Shown here in pieces: positions 1 to 26,127 of a stretch of 64,000 bases of DNA (its first letter is position 1; each line of letters begins with the position of its first letter). The translations under genes were made by a program, and so were the position numbers. Location of the stretch: the NCBI GenBank assembly GCA_965153355.1, contig OZ231126.1:13640001-13704000 (forward strand), written 5' to 3'. Below the pieces are notes generated by a model, which did no database searches, was not told where the DNA came from, and saw only the letters and a program-made list of their open reading frames with translations. This stretch comes from Flaccisagitta enflata. Taxonomy: Eukaryota.

Positions 1-137
1 AATTACGAACCTTTCGGCCATAGAGCCCCGCATATGCCCAATATCCGAGTATTTCACAGGGTATGAGCAAAAACTTGGCCCACTAGTTGATAGTAAGATA
101 GTTTTTCTACACAGCATTTTTTCCCTTTATTTTTCAG

Positions 138-5558
<5,421 letters not shown>

Positions 5559-6485
5559 TTACTCTGAATACGATTACGACCTTGATTACTTAGTAAAAAG
5601 AATTTAAAAAAAAAAACAGAGAAAAATCTGCTGTAAATAGAGGCCGATATGTATGTAGTGGTTATGAAATATTTCCACATGTTTCAAGCCTTTCCTCAAT
5701 TATGTCAAATCAGAGAAGCTAGTCAAGCTCAGAATTTTTACAATTCTATGTCGATTTATGGTATGATTCAATATTGATGTAAGAAGATGAAATACCATAC
5801 ATCATGCATGCAACTGCTCAGTAGAAATTATTTACAAAAATCCATGAGAAATTGTTTGAATTTGAGGATAGTGAGTAGTGAAGCAGGTAGATTTAGAAAG
5901 ATAAGTAAAAGTCGGATTTTGTTAGGAAATGTATAAAAATCCAATCGAATTGCAAGCGGGACCACATGAAACAGAATCAGTTATTTGGAAAAAAAAACAT
6001 TTAACATTTTAAGTAAGGAGGGTCGTTGAGTCATCCGAGATATTCATACATTTTTCACATCCCATAGTCATTCAATCATGAACAATTCTTGTTCTGTTGA
6101 AAAGCATATTGACAGAGACGAACTTAATGTCAATCTTTGTCGATTGTCCCTAAACAATAAATAGGATGGTAATCCACATTTTCTAGTTAAATCATATCAA
6201 TTGTTTCAGTTAAAATTCGATTATTCTTCATAATGTGATCAAATCGTAGCCCAAAAAGCCCCATGATTTATCAATTAGTACTTACTGATCAGCAAGGTTA
6301 ACTTGTAAAAAGATAAAAGGACACCTAAAAAAGCAGTTTCAGTCCGGACCAACTAAAATGCGACCTGGCTGAGATCGCTTGCTCCATTTGTTTTGCGTTT
6401 GGAGTACAACTCTTTTCCTAAGTTGATGCTATTTTCCCAGAAGCCTGTTCATCTATTTCTTAGATAACATAGTAGCGCACTCAAA

Positions 6486-7436
6486 TCATTTCTCAGTCTT
6501 GGTCATGAACCAATAAAAAACCGACACTATGAAAGTGGATTGAAAGGAATAAAAAAGCGCGCAGATCATTTCTACACTTCTACGGACTGGATTTGTCCAC
6601 GATTCCACAGCGGAGAAAAACCTCATGTTGTCCATATGTCCAATCAGTCTGTACGACTCTTCGATCTGATTGGCCACGTCAACGATGGCGTAGAACACCA
6701 GCATCCGAGTGAAATACAACGACAATTTCATCCATCGGGCAAATTTGGCGTTTCGCCTTTCATGAACCACGAAAGCGCAGGCCTTTCTTAACTCTACGGC
6801 CGTGTCACGATTGAAATAAATACCAAAAATACAAGGAGCCGAGGAGACGAAAAAGTGATAGATCGAATAGACGACCAACGTTTTAGGCATATACTCCTCC
6901 GAATCATCTTCTGCAAGCACCAGAAAGTCCAATTTCATGGCCATAACATGATCGGCGTAACACTTGTAATACAAAAACTGGTCAACGCCACCGAGAATGA
7001 CGCAAAATAACGCCGTAACGAGACCCATAACCCGCGTCAAAATATGCTTCAAATGCGGTTTACAAATCAAAATATATCTGGTAAAAGATTGGGCGACAAC
7101 GAGTAATTTCAAGGTCACGTTGGAACCCCGAAAAATGGCGGCGAAATAACTCTCGATATCTTTACTATTTGTCATGGTCATTTTCACGAAAATGGTCGCC
7201 ACTTCTTCGCAGCAGATCTCCCCCAAAATGGCGAAATGGCTCAGTAAGCATAACAGACAGATGATGATCCCAAAGAGATTAGCGCTGTTGGGACTTTGCT
7301 TGTATTGCTGGCTGAAGCGGAATAGTGAAATGTAACCGATGGGAATTCCTATCAAAGCGCTGATAGACGAGGCCCCATGGAAGCAATGGTTCGCCAATTT
7401 TAGATTGGATACGATTTTGTCATTTTCGGTTTCTTC
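6486..7436 (-). CDS. Divergent seven-transmembrane (class A GPCR-like) receptor, main coding exon
   Basis: A 317-codon open frame follows a ttttttacag acceptor and has about 7 hydrophobic segments. The TM3 end reads QSFTRYILICKP (DRY-like), and there is no NPxxY. A candidate first exon at 9020-9068 encodes MMGNATSDQHMVKFLR with a gtaag donor. Confidence 0.75.
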   Translation of the reverse strand, partial: EETENDKIVSNLKLANHCFHGASSISALIGIPIGYISLFRFSQQYKQSPNSANLFGIIICLLCLLSHFAILGEICCEEVATIFVKMTMTNSKDIESYFAAIFRGSNVTLKLLVVAQSFTRYILICKPHLKHILTRVMGLVTALFCVILGGVDQFLYYKCYADHVMAMKLDFLVLAEDDSEEYMPKTLVVYSIYHFFVSSAPCIFGIYFNRDTAVELRKACAFVVHERRNAKFARWMKLSLYFTRMLVFYAIVDVANQIEESYRLIGHMDNMRFFSAVESWTNPVRRSVEMICALFYSFQSTFIVSVFYWFMTKTEK

Positions 7437-7595
7437 CTGTAAAAAATGTGCACTAATAAAGGTGACTATCGCCGACTGGAAAAAAGTCGTAAAGTGGTGT
7501 CTCTTTTTTTCAAGTACATGTTTTCCTGTGTGTGCATCTCATACTGTCTGGTGGACTACCTGTCTTTGTTATTGAATCTCTGTCTCTCTCTTAAA

Positions 7596-7676
<81 letters not shown>

Positions 7677-8206
7677 TCAAGTAAAGTAAAATGCAAAGCT
7701 AGAGTCATAAAACTTAGTCAATATTTGTAACGTCTTAACTTTTCTCTCTTGTTTCATAAGTCCAAAAATTAGGATCAACGAAAAATATCAATCTTCGGGA
7801 AAATGGGAAAAAATAAAAAAAGATTCAAAAGATCATATCGCGAAAAATAATCATCGTAGAGACCTCTGGTTGGCGCCATTGGAAAGAGAAAAATTAGCTT
7901 TTTCTTAGCTGTGAATATCAAAAAATGTATCCTCCTAGCTAAAAAATGGTTCAACTTATCAAAAATTGTCCCAGATCCAAAATTGAAAACTTTATTTTCC
8001 CTCTACGTTTCAAAAAGGCGAATTGCGTAATTCGACTTTTTTCTAATGATTGAAATTAGTGATCTTTTATTCGTCCTTAGTATTGACAGATACAAGCCAC
8101 AACAAACCAACTAAAAACTAAAGACTAACAGAACTACGTGGATTTGATAAAGATAAGTATTAAGCGTTTCTTGGACAATAACTGATTAGGCACACATTCA
8201 AATAAA

Positions 8207-8381
8207 GTTAAGCCCCGCTCTAACGGCTCTCAGGGGACTATCAAATTTGATCTGTTATAGACGGAATTCTGTTATGGCCAATATAAGAAATAAAAGAAAA
8301 CCGGTGGAAGGGACCAAGAACTAGTATCTGTTATAGGCGGAATTCCGTTAAAAGCGGGTCCGTTGGAGCGGGGTTCAACTG
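8207..8381. mobile_element. Tc1/mariner(pogo)-type MITE, same family as 41360-41536
   Basis: TIR-like ends agttaagccccgctctaacgg ... ccgttggagcggggttcaactg|ta; internal sequence is similar to the 41360 copy. Confidence 0.7.
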
Positions 8382-10498
8382 TAATGATATGTAGAATTAT
8401 ATAGCTCTGGTCGCGTGTCCGCATGTTCAGTTGGTTTATTGAGGATTTTGCAGTTGAGCTTCACCAGTACGCATTTCATGGGACTGGGCAGAATTATACT
8501 TTTTAGTGAATCCGGTCTATTGCCAATATAGAATTGAGGATAAAATTTCACATGGGCATGTCTTAATAGCGGATGCGCCCTAGTAGTATCTCACTGTATG
8601 TATAAGCAGTAAATCTTCAGGTTTGTTCTTCTCTAAAACTGTCCATCCATCCATTTTTGACAATTCAAATTTTCAATGGCGAGTGGCCAATGGGCAAGGG
8701 TGATATGATATGATATGATATGATATGATATGATATGATATGATATGATATGGGCTATAATATTCGCCATCAAAGCCAAAATTAAAGTACTGGTCTAGAT
8801 TCAGCTTGAAGCTACTGTACCTGGTTTTGGTCGTGGATGGCCTTCTCAAACTGTCGATTAGAAATATCTGTTAAGAACAAAATTGCACTAAGGACATCAC
8901 TTTTTTTCCGAACTAGTAAATCATAGTCGACTGATAAGACGCGGCTCCAGCCTAGGTCATTTTCATGTAACCTCACCAGTAGATCGACAACCAGATGTAT
9001 AGGGTAGTTTATTTCTTACCTCGTAGAAACTTGACCATATGTTGATCCGACGTTGCGTTACCCATCATCAAACAGCGTCCACCGTTGATTTCTATAAAGA
9101 TGTACCAAGTCTAAACTTTGAGAAATTCGCTTTAGATTTATCACCAGTAATGGCGACTATTGCCTTGGGGAAAAAGACATGGGCATTGCCTGTATATGTA
9201 GCATATGTGGTCCTTTTTTTCGTTATCTATTTTTTGCAAAGTTTTCCATTTAAAATTATCACTGGCTTATTAACAGTTTATAGCTTAATGAAATCATATA
9301 CCTTTAAATAAGAGCGGAAGGGCAGGGTACTAGCTTCTGAACATGTATCAACACTCAATAATCACGTGAATAAATAAAAAGACGCACTTTTGAATAACCA
9401 TTTTAACTATTTTTTCTTTTATTTCAAGCTGAATGTTTTACAGCATTGAAAAGCCCAGTTTTTAAGCTTTAAGAATCAGAAAGAAAAAATTCTTAATCTT
9501 GAGGCGAAGTAAAAGAAAATAGTAAAAAAAGTCAAGAATGTTTTTCACAATTCCATAAGAGAAAAAGAATTCAAAATAATCAGTGTTTCACTTTGATGAG
9601 CTATAACTTTAAAACCCTTTGAGATACAGACTTGGGATTGGTCTAGAATGAAAGAAAATTAGAAAATCTTAAAAATCCCTTGACTGAAAAATGGTTGAAA
9701 GTTTTTAAGTAATTTCATAGGATAAAGAAATAACAAACAATTTTTTTAATGATATTGTATTTTGTCATGTGCTCAAAATAATATTTGTCTTTAACTAGCT
9801 GTAACTTTTAAAGGGTTTGAGATACAGACCTGGGACTGGTCCAGATTGGAAGACAATTCGAAATTATACTTTCAATGGAAAAATTTTTGAACAATTTTTT
9901 TGTCTGTTCTATAAATACAGGGTCATCAATCTCAACTGAAAAAAAGTATTAAGCTATTGTGCCTCAATGCTTCATTTTCATGATCTGAAATCAATTTTTT
10001 TCTAAGTACTATGTTTGATGTTTTTTGTGTCAAAATTTCATTGGTCTAGGTTTGATACTTTCTCTACAACCGCCATTGGAAGTAATTTTGGTATTTACAG
10101 CTGAGGCGAAATTAAAACATTGCTTACAAAAGTGTCCAACATTAAATTGCTCTCATTTTTAACATGTCTAAACCAGTAAAGCTACAAATGCCAGATTGGT
10201 CCCAAATGAAAGATAATTTGAAGTAGTTTTTCATATTTCCTTTGGTTGGTGAATGAATTGGCATAGATAGTAAGTTTCCTGTTCTTGACAACATCTTTTT
10301 TTGTCAAAGTTCCTTTAATTTTGGATTTTTCAATAAAAAGTACAACAAATAGGTTCAAGACTGTTTTCCTCTTATCGATAGCTACAACTATCTTTCATTT
10401 GAGACCAATCTGGGATCTGTAGCTCAAGCCGTATAGAAATGAGACCAATTTAAAGAGGAACTGCCTTGTCAAACAACAATTTTCCTATATTTTACTCT

Positions 10499-11030
10499 TG
10501 AAATGAAATGAAATGAAAACAAATTTATTCCCTCCATGGGGCAAAATAATTACACAGCAGCAGCAATAGTCAACTACGGGAGGGGGGATTACACTTAAGT
10601 CGGGATCTCCGATATAGTCGTAAGGGACAAAAGGTTGTGGCATTGCTCGGACGAATTGTCCTGGGCAATCCCCATTATAGTGAGACCAGATACAATGATA
10701 TTGTACAAACAAGTAATATTTGCGAAAAACACATGTAACAACATATATAAAAAAGACCGGAACAGTATATATATACAGCCTCGCTGTAAATAACAAGTAA
10801 GAAAAAAATAGCCAACAACATCCGTAAAATTCGTAATGAAAACTATTTGCCCCAAGTCTATGAAATTTTGAAACAAAAAAACATCAAACAATGTTCTTCG
10901 AGGAATAACTGATTCCAGATCACTCATTTGACGCATCTCTGACAAAAAGCTTAAAGAATTTTTCAAACGAGATTGATGGCTGTGTAAAAGAGCAGGGGCG
11001 TCCTTTTTTTATTCGCGTGGTAGTCCACAC
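10499..11030 (-). mobile_element. Decayed 3' end of an L2/Crack/CR1-like LINE
   Basis: The minus strand ends in AATAAA followed by a (TTTCA)n tail. An upstream broken frame contains VIWNQL...FK, resembling the C-terminus of these ORF2 proteins. Confidence 0.4.
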
Positions 11031-11348
11031 CCCTACACATCAAACAAGTCATCCAAGGATTGCATATTACCAGCGGTACCCGTTGCCTTGCTCACTTTTA
11101 GTATCCATGTAGTAGGGTCAAAGCAAAGGAGGATATCGGTCCTTTGGGGCCCAAAAAACGAGCTTATATACTCATCTGTATGATAACCACTCAAAAATTC
11201 TTTAGATTGATAAACAGTTATATGAGAAACCTACCAAGGATAAAAACTTACCAGGATAACAGCCTTTTCAGCCCTCAATGGTGTCAATTTCTTATCTGGA
11301 CCCGATGATCTATTCTTAATGTCAAAAATAACCCACAATTTTCTAAAA

Positions 11349-11707
11349 CAAGGCCGGATACACGGCTACCGAAGTCGCGTGCGGGTCGGCAGGGGCCATA
11401 TTTTAGGTCACTAGACCATTTGGGCATGAACAGTGAGGTCAAAGAAATGAAGTCATAAATAACAAAGCCAGATACACGGCCAAAAGTTGTGGACGGGTGG
11501 ACAGGGGCGGAAATGCGCGTTTTCCTACTTTTTGACTCAATCATTACGGACCAACGGACCGACGGACGGACCGACAGATGGACCAACGGACAAAGCCTCT
11601 TTTAGAGTTGCGTGTCCGCAACTAAAAATAAGATGTGACTGACCGACCGACCGACCAACCAACCGACTAACGGACAAAGCGGGTTGTAGAGACGCGTGCA
11701 CGCGACT
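11349..11707 (-). mobile_element. Two nested HINE/DINE-1-like elements (family A)
   Basis: Two caaggccggatacacggc-type ends, two (GACC/GACG)n tracts and two cgcgact/gcaact-aaaa ends. Confidence 0.75.
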
Positions 11708-12947
11708 AAAAATTCAACTATTCTCTCAGCAGTGACGGTGACAACCGTGACAAGAGATAATTATAAAAGACATATCTCAAAAGTTGAAGGAGTTTTTAAT
11801 TTTCAGCGATTTGTGTGATGCGCAAGTGATAGGAGAGAGCGTCAGATAAGTGTGCCAAACCACGGCCAGCTTGCAGCTAGTCTTTCTTATCAGAGGAAGG
11901 AGAGGTAACAAAAATATTCCGTTATTGAAAAGAATGAGACAAAATCCAAATGGAAAGTGTCAAAAGGATATATCAGCGTCGCGGTGCTTATGCAAGTTGA
12001 TGCGGTGATGTATTGATTCGATACCTGACATGACACCAATAAGATACAAAAACAAAACCAAAACCAAAACCAAAACCAAAAACAAAAACAAAAACAGAAA
12101 CAAAAACAAAAACAAAAACAATCCATCCAATTCATGTGAATGACGGATCAACCAGCAAACTAACCAACCACAAGCACTGCAAAAATTCTATAAAGATTGA
12201 TCCTGTTGATGACGCATGAGGAAGAAGATAACACACCTGATCACCAAATCATGAACAAAATGAAATGGGACCGCGAGGAAAAAAATAAAATAACTTGATA
12301 AAATGCTGCATTTTCATAATCGAAAAAAATAATAAAAGCACTTAACGAAATCAAAAATTCAAAGAGTAGTTCGCGAATTCGAGATCAAATTCATGCACAC
12401 ATCCATAGATACATCCATTCGTACATCCATTGGTATATCCTAGCGATTGGGCAGGGTCAGTAATGCTCAAAAGTAGCGCAGCCCGCTAATCTGAAAATTG
12501 AATCTGGCCTCTGTATTCCACCGAGACCATAGCCCAACCAAGTTTTCTTACAACAAACCCGTTCAGCATAAGTTGTTACTACTACAACAATTTCTGCCAA
12601 CTCCACTTCCTTCGAGCCTCGAAATACCGAAACTTTAATTTCATGTTGAGCTTCATTAATTGATAAAAAAAAGTCACGGTTCGTATCAAATGATTCATTT
12701 CTAATTCTGCTATCAAAAGCATTCAAAGCGATTGTCAATAATTTCATTGAAAATCAACGACGTCTGTTCGCCGGAATCACGACTGTTCAACCGCATCTCG
12801 GGATGAAACATTTCAATTTCTTATCTGTCCGCTCGTTCATCCATCTGTCTGTTTGTCAGTCTGACTATCAATCTATCTGTCTGGCTGTTGGTCTGTCTAT
12901 CAATCTATCTATCTATCTATCTGTCTGTCAGTCTGTCTATCAATCTA

Positions 12948-12986
<39 letters not shown>

Positions 12987-13068
12987 TTTTATCAGTCTGT
13001 CTCTGTTTCTGTCTCTCTATCTGTCTGTCTGTCTGTCCGTCTGTCAGTTTCAAATTCTGCCATCCTCC

Positions 13069-19194
<6,126 letters not shown>

Positions 19195-19958
19195 TTTCTA
19201 ATAATACTTCTAAAACCGCCTAAAAAATGGCGATCTACGGAAATTCACGAAATTAACGCTATTTCTATAGAGGTTGGGTTCTAAGCTACCGATAAAAGTT
19301 AACTTTTGTTTGTTTTTTTTTTTCTCCAAGATTGATTCAAGCTGTCTCTGTTATTTCTGTAAACGTTACGGGGAAATTCTTAAACTTCTTTCTACTGCAC
19401 TGGTTATAAGGAAATTTCAGTCGTCAAATGTATGACATGTATTTTCTTCGTTATTTTCTACGATCTTGCTCATAATAGTGATTATCAGTGATTCTGCACC
19501 GACAGCGAGTAGAAAGGATGAGCGCCTGCACGATCGCCCTAGCTCGTGAGCGCGCGTATGCACTATGCACATGCACACCCGTACACGTGCGCAAACGAAT
19601 ACACACACGCGTGCGCGCCCACACAAAGACAGCAATCTCGAGGGAACGCGATGCATTTTTTCTCTCAAAAAGGATGCGCGCGCGTTTCGGCCGTTCCGCG
19701 TTTCGGTGCTTCATTCTTGATGCGGCTCCGCGTGTTTCGGCGTTCTTTCAAGAGAAACTCGACCGCCTTCACGGTGCGCTTTTCGCTTCTCTTCGCCATC
19801 TTTAGATGCGCTGATGAGTTGCTCAAATCCGGCGTTGTCTTGAAATGATGAAAAAAACGCCTTGTTGAGGAACTCCAAAATTACGCCGTGTCGAGGTGCC
19901 TCAAAACGTGCTGTTTAGACGCTTAAAACCGCGCCGAGTTGAACTGCTCTAGATCGCC

Positions 19959-20091
<133 letters not shown>

Positions 20092-20545
20092 CATTTCCAT
20101 CAATCTCGCTCAAAACCTCGTCGTGCTGCGGCGCTCATATCTCTGCCACGCTGAGACGCTCCTTAAGAGGGCTACGTATGACATGCATTTAGCTGTGTGG
20201 AGGATTTCATGTCAAAGCAATGGAGAATTGCAACGGGCCGTGCTTCAGCACATGTATTCCAACGCCGTGTGAAGCATCGAAATTGCGCCATGTTGAGGCG
20301 TTCAAACCGGTGCAACGCGACGCTGAGGCGCTCAAAACAACGAAACGTCCAAACCGTGTACAAAGCGTCGTTCAAAACCGCGTCGCGCTAAGGAGGCTCT
20401 AAAGCTAAAGTCGCACACCGCTGGATCGTCAAGAGTTTGAAAACCGCTCCGCTGCAAAGTGTGGTGGCTTTCTTCCTCCTTAGATGCTGAAACGGTATCA
20501 AGCGGAAGTGGTTAAAACGCCATGGCGCGGTTACGACGACGACGA

Positions 20546-20612
<67 letters not shown>

Positions 20613-20770
20613 AGCGGTAAAGGCGGCGGTGTATGGTGCCATTGTGTTGTGAGATCCTTTCAAGAATTCAATATAATGGCAACTTTTAGATTTCTGAAAT
20701 ATTTGCCCCCGAGGATAAGGCGGCCCAGGCTCAAGGCAATGTGAAAAAGAGGAGAGGAGAATTGAAAAGG

Positions 20771-20882
<112 letters not shown>

Positions 20883-21174
20883 GAGACAGAGAGAGACAGA
20901 GAGAAGCAGAGACAGAGACAGACAGACAGCCAATAAAAGACAGACAGTAAATAAAGTTACCCAGATACATGCTAAATCCTGTGAGTTAAGACGTGACAGA
21001 CAGAGAGTTAGAAAGACAGCCAATAAATGACAGACAGAACAAAGATTTACACAGACAAAAGCGTAAACCTTTAAAATGGGACTTGACAGACCGAAAAACA
21101 GACAAGCCAGCCAATAAAAGACAGATAATACTAAGAGTTACTCAGACAAATGCAAAAACAAGTGAGCTGGGACC

Positions 21175-21233
<59 letters not shown>

Positions 21234-22345
21234 CAAGCCAATAAAAGACAGACAATACATAGAGTTACTCAGACAAATGCAAAAAACCTGTGAGTTGGGA
21301 CCAGACGTGAAAAAGAGGAGAAAAAGATAAACTTGTAGAAAATGCTGAGATGCCATATTGAGATGGAAGACGATGAGGACGAGGACGAGAAGGAGGAAAG
21401 GGGGGGGGGATGGGAGTAACGGAGAAAACAGAGAATAGGGTTTGGGGGTAATAATGGAAGGGGTAATGGGGAAGATGACTTGCAAGGGTAACCAGGCGGG
21501 ATACACGGCTACCCTAGTCGCGTACGGGTGGGTAGGGGCAAGACAATATATGCTAGATCAGTTTTTTGGTAGGGTGCGCTTCAGTGGAAAAAAAATTCTA
21601 ACTTAAGCACGAATTTCGTGATTCAGAGGATGCCCCCCTCGAAGTTTTGATTTGGGACTCGGGGGCCGCTGCCGGAAAAAGAAAAGTTAACCGATGAACC
21701 GACAGATGGACCGACATAGAAAGGAACTGTGAATACAAATGAATATCGTGGTACACCGCTTAATACGTCAGGGCTACGCTCTGAATATCGAGAAAACAAG
21801 AAATCAACGTAACAACTGTAACAACGAACGGCAACAAAAACAAAAACAAAACCAAAACGTAAAAAAAAAAGGAAAGGTTGAAAAATTCTATGAAGATGGC
21901 GCACAGAAAGGAAAATCAACAGAGGAACGGCCAAAAATTGACGGGTTTTGAGGATTTTTACCAAATAATGAAAAGAAGATGATTAAGAAATACAGTTGAA
22001 CCCCGCTCTAACGCAGGCGCCACCAACGGAATTCTGCCTTAATTGGTTGCATATTCATAGTCTCTTCAACTTGTTTCTTTTCATTTCATATACTGGCTCT
22101 AATGAAATTCTATCTAAATCATTTGTTACTGTCTCAAAATCCGCATGAGCGGGATTTAACTGTAGAGGAATGAGAAGAGGAATGAGAAGAAGAAGATCAG
22201 ACAAGAACAAGGACAAGAAGAACAGAGAAAAAAGAAAAAACAAAAAAGAACAGAGAAAAAACTAGAAAGAAAAAAGAAGAAAAGAGACGAAGAAAAAAGA
22301 AAGAGAAGAAGAAAAGGAGGAAGAAGAAGAAAAAGAGGAAGAAAA

Positions 22346-22695
22346 AGAAGAAGAAGAAGAAGAAGAAGAAGAAGAAGAAGAAGAAGAAGAAGAAGAAGAA
22401 GAAGAAGAAGAAGAAGAAGAAGAAGAAGAAGAAGAAGAAGAAGAAGAAGAAGAAGAAGAAGAAGAAGAAGAAGAAGAAGAAGAAGAAGAAGAAGAAGAAG
22501 AAGAAGAAGAAGAAGAAGAAGAAGAAGAAGAAGAAGAAGAAGAAGAAGAAGAAGAAGAAGGAGAAGAAGAAGAAGAGAAGAAGAAGAAGAAGAAAGAAGA
22601 AGAAGAAGAAAAAGAAAAAGAAAAAGAAAAAGAAAAAGAAGAAGAAGAAGAAGAAGAAGAAGAAGAAGAAGAAGAAGAAGAAGAAGAAGAAGAAG
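22346..22695. repeat. (GAA)n microsatellite
   Basis: Direct reading; more than 100 mostly perfect triplets. Confidence 0.95.
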
Positions 22696-22868
22696 AGAAG
22701 AAAACAAAAAGGTGAAGAAGCGGCGGCGGCGGGAAAACGAGGGGCGTTTTTGAGAGGCAAATGTTGCTGAGTCAATGCTGATGAAGTGGGAGAAAAGGCG
22801 AAGGGAATTTGGGATTTTACCGCTTTTCGCGTTCAGGTGAAATCCCTAAGGGACAGGAAACCCGGCGC

Positions 22869-23114
<246 letters not shown>

Positions 23115-23365
23115 AAACTCCGTTACCTTCATGAAGTTAGACGTTCCGTCGGCGATCTCACAGCCTCACAACATGCCGCTTCTCCGCCTCCGTCCCCGCC
23201 CCCGCCTCTGCCTCCGCCCCTGCCTCCGCCCCCGCCGCTTTGTTCAAACCCCCACAGCCTCGCGCATGAAAACATGATAAATTACAAATTTATGAACATT
23301 ATTCTTTTCCTGCTTAAAATAGACTCTAGGGTATATACGTGAAAAGGAGTGAGAGTGAGAGAAAC

Positions 23366-23466
<101 letters not shown>

Positions 23467-23989
23467 TTTAGAAGTATTTTGCCTTTTGTTCCCGTTTCTA
23501 CGATGAGTTTTCTTAAGTTGCGCAAAACTGCTTCATATTGTTGCAGCTTAGCTTTTGTTTGTTTGTTTGTGGTGGTTTCACCAAAATATCGCACGATGCT
23601 GCGGCTAAAAGGTTCCTCAACATCGTCGTAGATGCGATCATGTATAATCAAAAACAACCTGTAGCTCAACGAAACAATCAATAGATCTATGTATAGGAAA
23701 CTAGTTTCACAGTGGTTCTCTCATCCAGTGCTGCATTATCTTGCGGTTGAACAGGTGGCGTGATGGAAATGGTACACGAGGCGTCGGTACAGCAGTGGCA
23801 AGTGGTGTAAGACCTGGCAGCGAAGGTGAATGGCACTGGTGAGTGGTGACAGTTTTGACAGCGGTGACGGACGACTTACAGTTGGAAGCGAGACTTATGA
23901 TTGGTAGTTATACCAATGGTAATGTCAGTGGTGAGTCACCACTGGTGACAGTGATGACCAGTGAGCGTAGCGGCGAACACAACGGCGGA

Positions 23990-24253
23990 GACGGCATGAA
24001 ACAGCAGTGACGATGAGTGGCGGTGACGGCATGAAACAGCAGTGACGATGAGTGGCGGTGACGGCATGAAACAGCGGTGACGATGAGTGGTGGTGACGGC
24101 ATGAAACAGCAGTGACGATGAGTGGCGGTGACGGCATGAAACAGCAGTGACGATGAGTGGCGGTGACGGCATGAAACAGCAGTGACGATGAGTGGCGGTG
24201 ACGGCATGAAACAGCGGTGACGATGAGTGGTGGTGACGGCATTAAACAGCAGT
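23990..24253. repeat. 35-bp minisatellite, about 7.5 copies
   Basis: The unit gacggcatgaaacagcagtgacgatgagtggcggt recurs at 23990, 24025, 24060 and onward. Confidence 0.95.
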
Positions 24254-24388
24254 AGTGGTGAGTTCAGAGAGTGACGGCAATGCTGTAAATGCTGAAGTGG
24301 TGGCAGATAAAGAGGCGGAAAACTTCAGGTTATGGATTCAAAACGTGAGGCTGACAAATCATGAGAAATGCTCTCTCAAGTACAAGTT

Positions 24389-24545
<157 letters not shown>

Positions 24546-25139
24546 TTTTCTTCTTCTTCTTCTTCTCCTCCTTATTCTTAAACTTCTTCCTTTCTTCCCC
24601 CTCCCTTTCACTGCAATACGTAATACGTATCCTGTCTCTACAATCTCCCTCTTTTCCGGCGTACGTACCTCCCTACCTTCCTTCCTGCTTTTTTTTTCCT
24701 TCCTTCCTTCCTTCCTTCCTTCCTTCCTTCCCCTTCCTCCCTTCTTTTCTTCCTTCCTCCCGTCTATTTCCTTTTCCCTCGTCTTCTTTCCCCGCATTTT
24801 CCTCTCTCTCTCTCCATTTGACTCGTAATTGCCTCTACGTTGGACGATTCGGGAAAAATGATGTGGTAAAGAACATAAACCAAAACAAAAGCTGAGCGTA
24901 CGTCGAACCACGTAGCAAAGAAGTTGCAAAGGTGGGTGGAGGGGGAGGAAGAGGATGAGATGGAGAAGGATGGAGAAGATTTAGGAGGAGGAAGAGCTGG
25001 GAGAGGAGGAAGAGAAGGAGGTATGGAAAAACTTGCAGCAGTGGGGGTAAAAAAAAGATAGAAAGATGTACGCACGGAGATGGAGGCTATCGTAGCGAGG
25101 TCGGAAAGGCTAAAATATGAGGTAAGGTTGCCTGGAGAT

Positions 25140-25260
<121 letters not shown>

Positions 25261-25567
25261 GAAACCAAGAGTCGATAAAAGTTATGTAACAAAAATTGAA
25301 ACACAGAGCCTAATAAGGAAATAGATAGTAAATCAGGAGTTAATGATAATCTCATTGTTGACCATGAAAACATCATGCAGGCTGCATCATGCAGTTATAG
25401 AGGTAAACACGTTGAAAAAAATAACGGAAACGTTAGCAGACAGACAGACACACACACTGAAAGACAGAGCCTAATGAGGAAATAGATAGTGAATCAGGAG
25501 TTAATGATAATCTCATTGTTGACCATGAAAACATCTTGCAGGCTGCATCATGCAGATGTAGAGGTAA

Positions 25568-26127
25568 CTAGTCATCCAAGGATCGCACATGGTCAGCGAT
25601 ACCCGATGCCCTGCTTAGAGTGATTAATTGCAGAGGTGGAGTGAGAGCAGGGCAGCGGCCCCACAGGGCCAATGTTCTGTAGGACAAAGGGGTGAATTTC
25701 CAGACGTCCTGAGAAGGCACATTTGAGGCCTTTGGGGCTACTTTCCTTGTTATTCAATGAGAACATTAATTTTTTTCCATTTCATTGTCAATTTTTCATG
25801 TTATTCAATATGAATTTTGCATTTATTTCAAAATTTTGTCAATTTTCCATGTTATTCAATAGGGATTTCCCATATTTTTAACTTCTAGTAAATTTTCCAT
25901 TTTATTCAATGGGAATTTCATATTTTTTTTCATTTTTGTATCAATTTTCCATGTTATTCAATGGGAATTTTGCTTTTCTTCAATTTCCCATGTTATTCAA
26001 TGGGAACATGAGGCTCTAAAGCTTTGGAGGGGGGGGACGAACAGACGGACAGACGGACAGACGGATGGACGTCTGGAAATTTACCCCTGTGTCCTACAGA
26101 ACATCGGCCCTTTGGGGCCGCTGCCCA
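25568..26127 (-). mobile_element. HINE-like family B element, apparently full length
   Basis: Starts ctagtcatccaagg...gcgatacccgatgccctgc, has internal gcagggcagcggcccc and a (GACG/GACA)n tract, and ends ggggccgctgcccaaaa. It is inserted in one copy of a local tandem duplication. Related copies are at ~11047-11155, 16060-16657 and 35385-35775. Confidence 0.8.

Noticed and set aside
12457-12747. 96-aa minus-strand ORF
   Set aside because: It has no recognisable motif or splice context and lies just downstream of the ODF3 stop, so it is probably 3' UTR or intergenic.
23908-24253. 35-bp repeats as CRISPR repeats or a coding repeat
   Set aside because: There are no spacers, and the same peptide cycles through three frames, as expected for a non-coding minisatellite.
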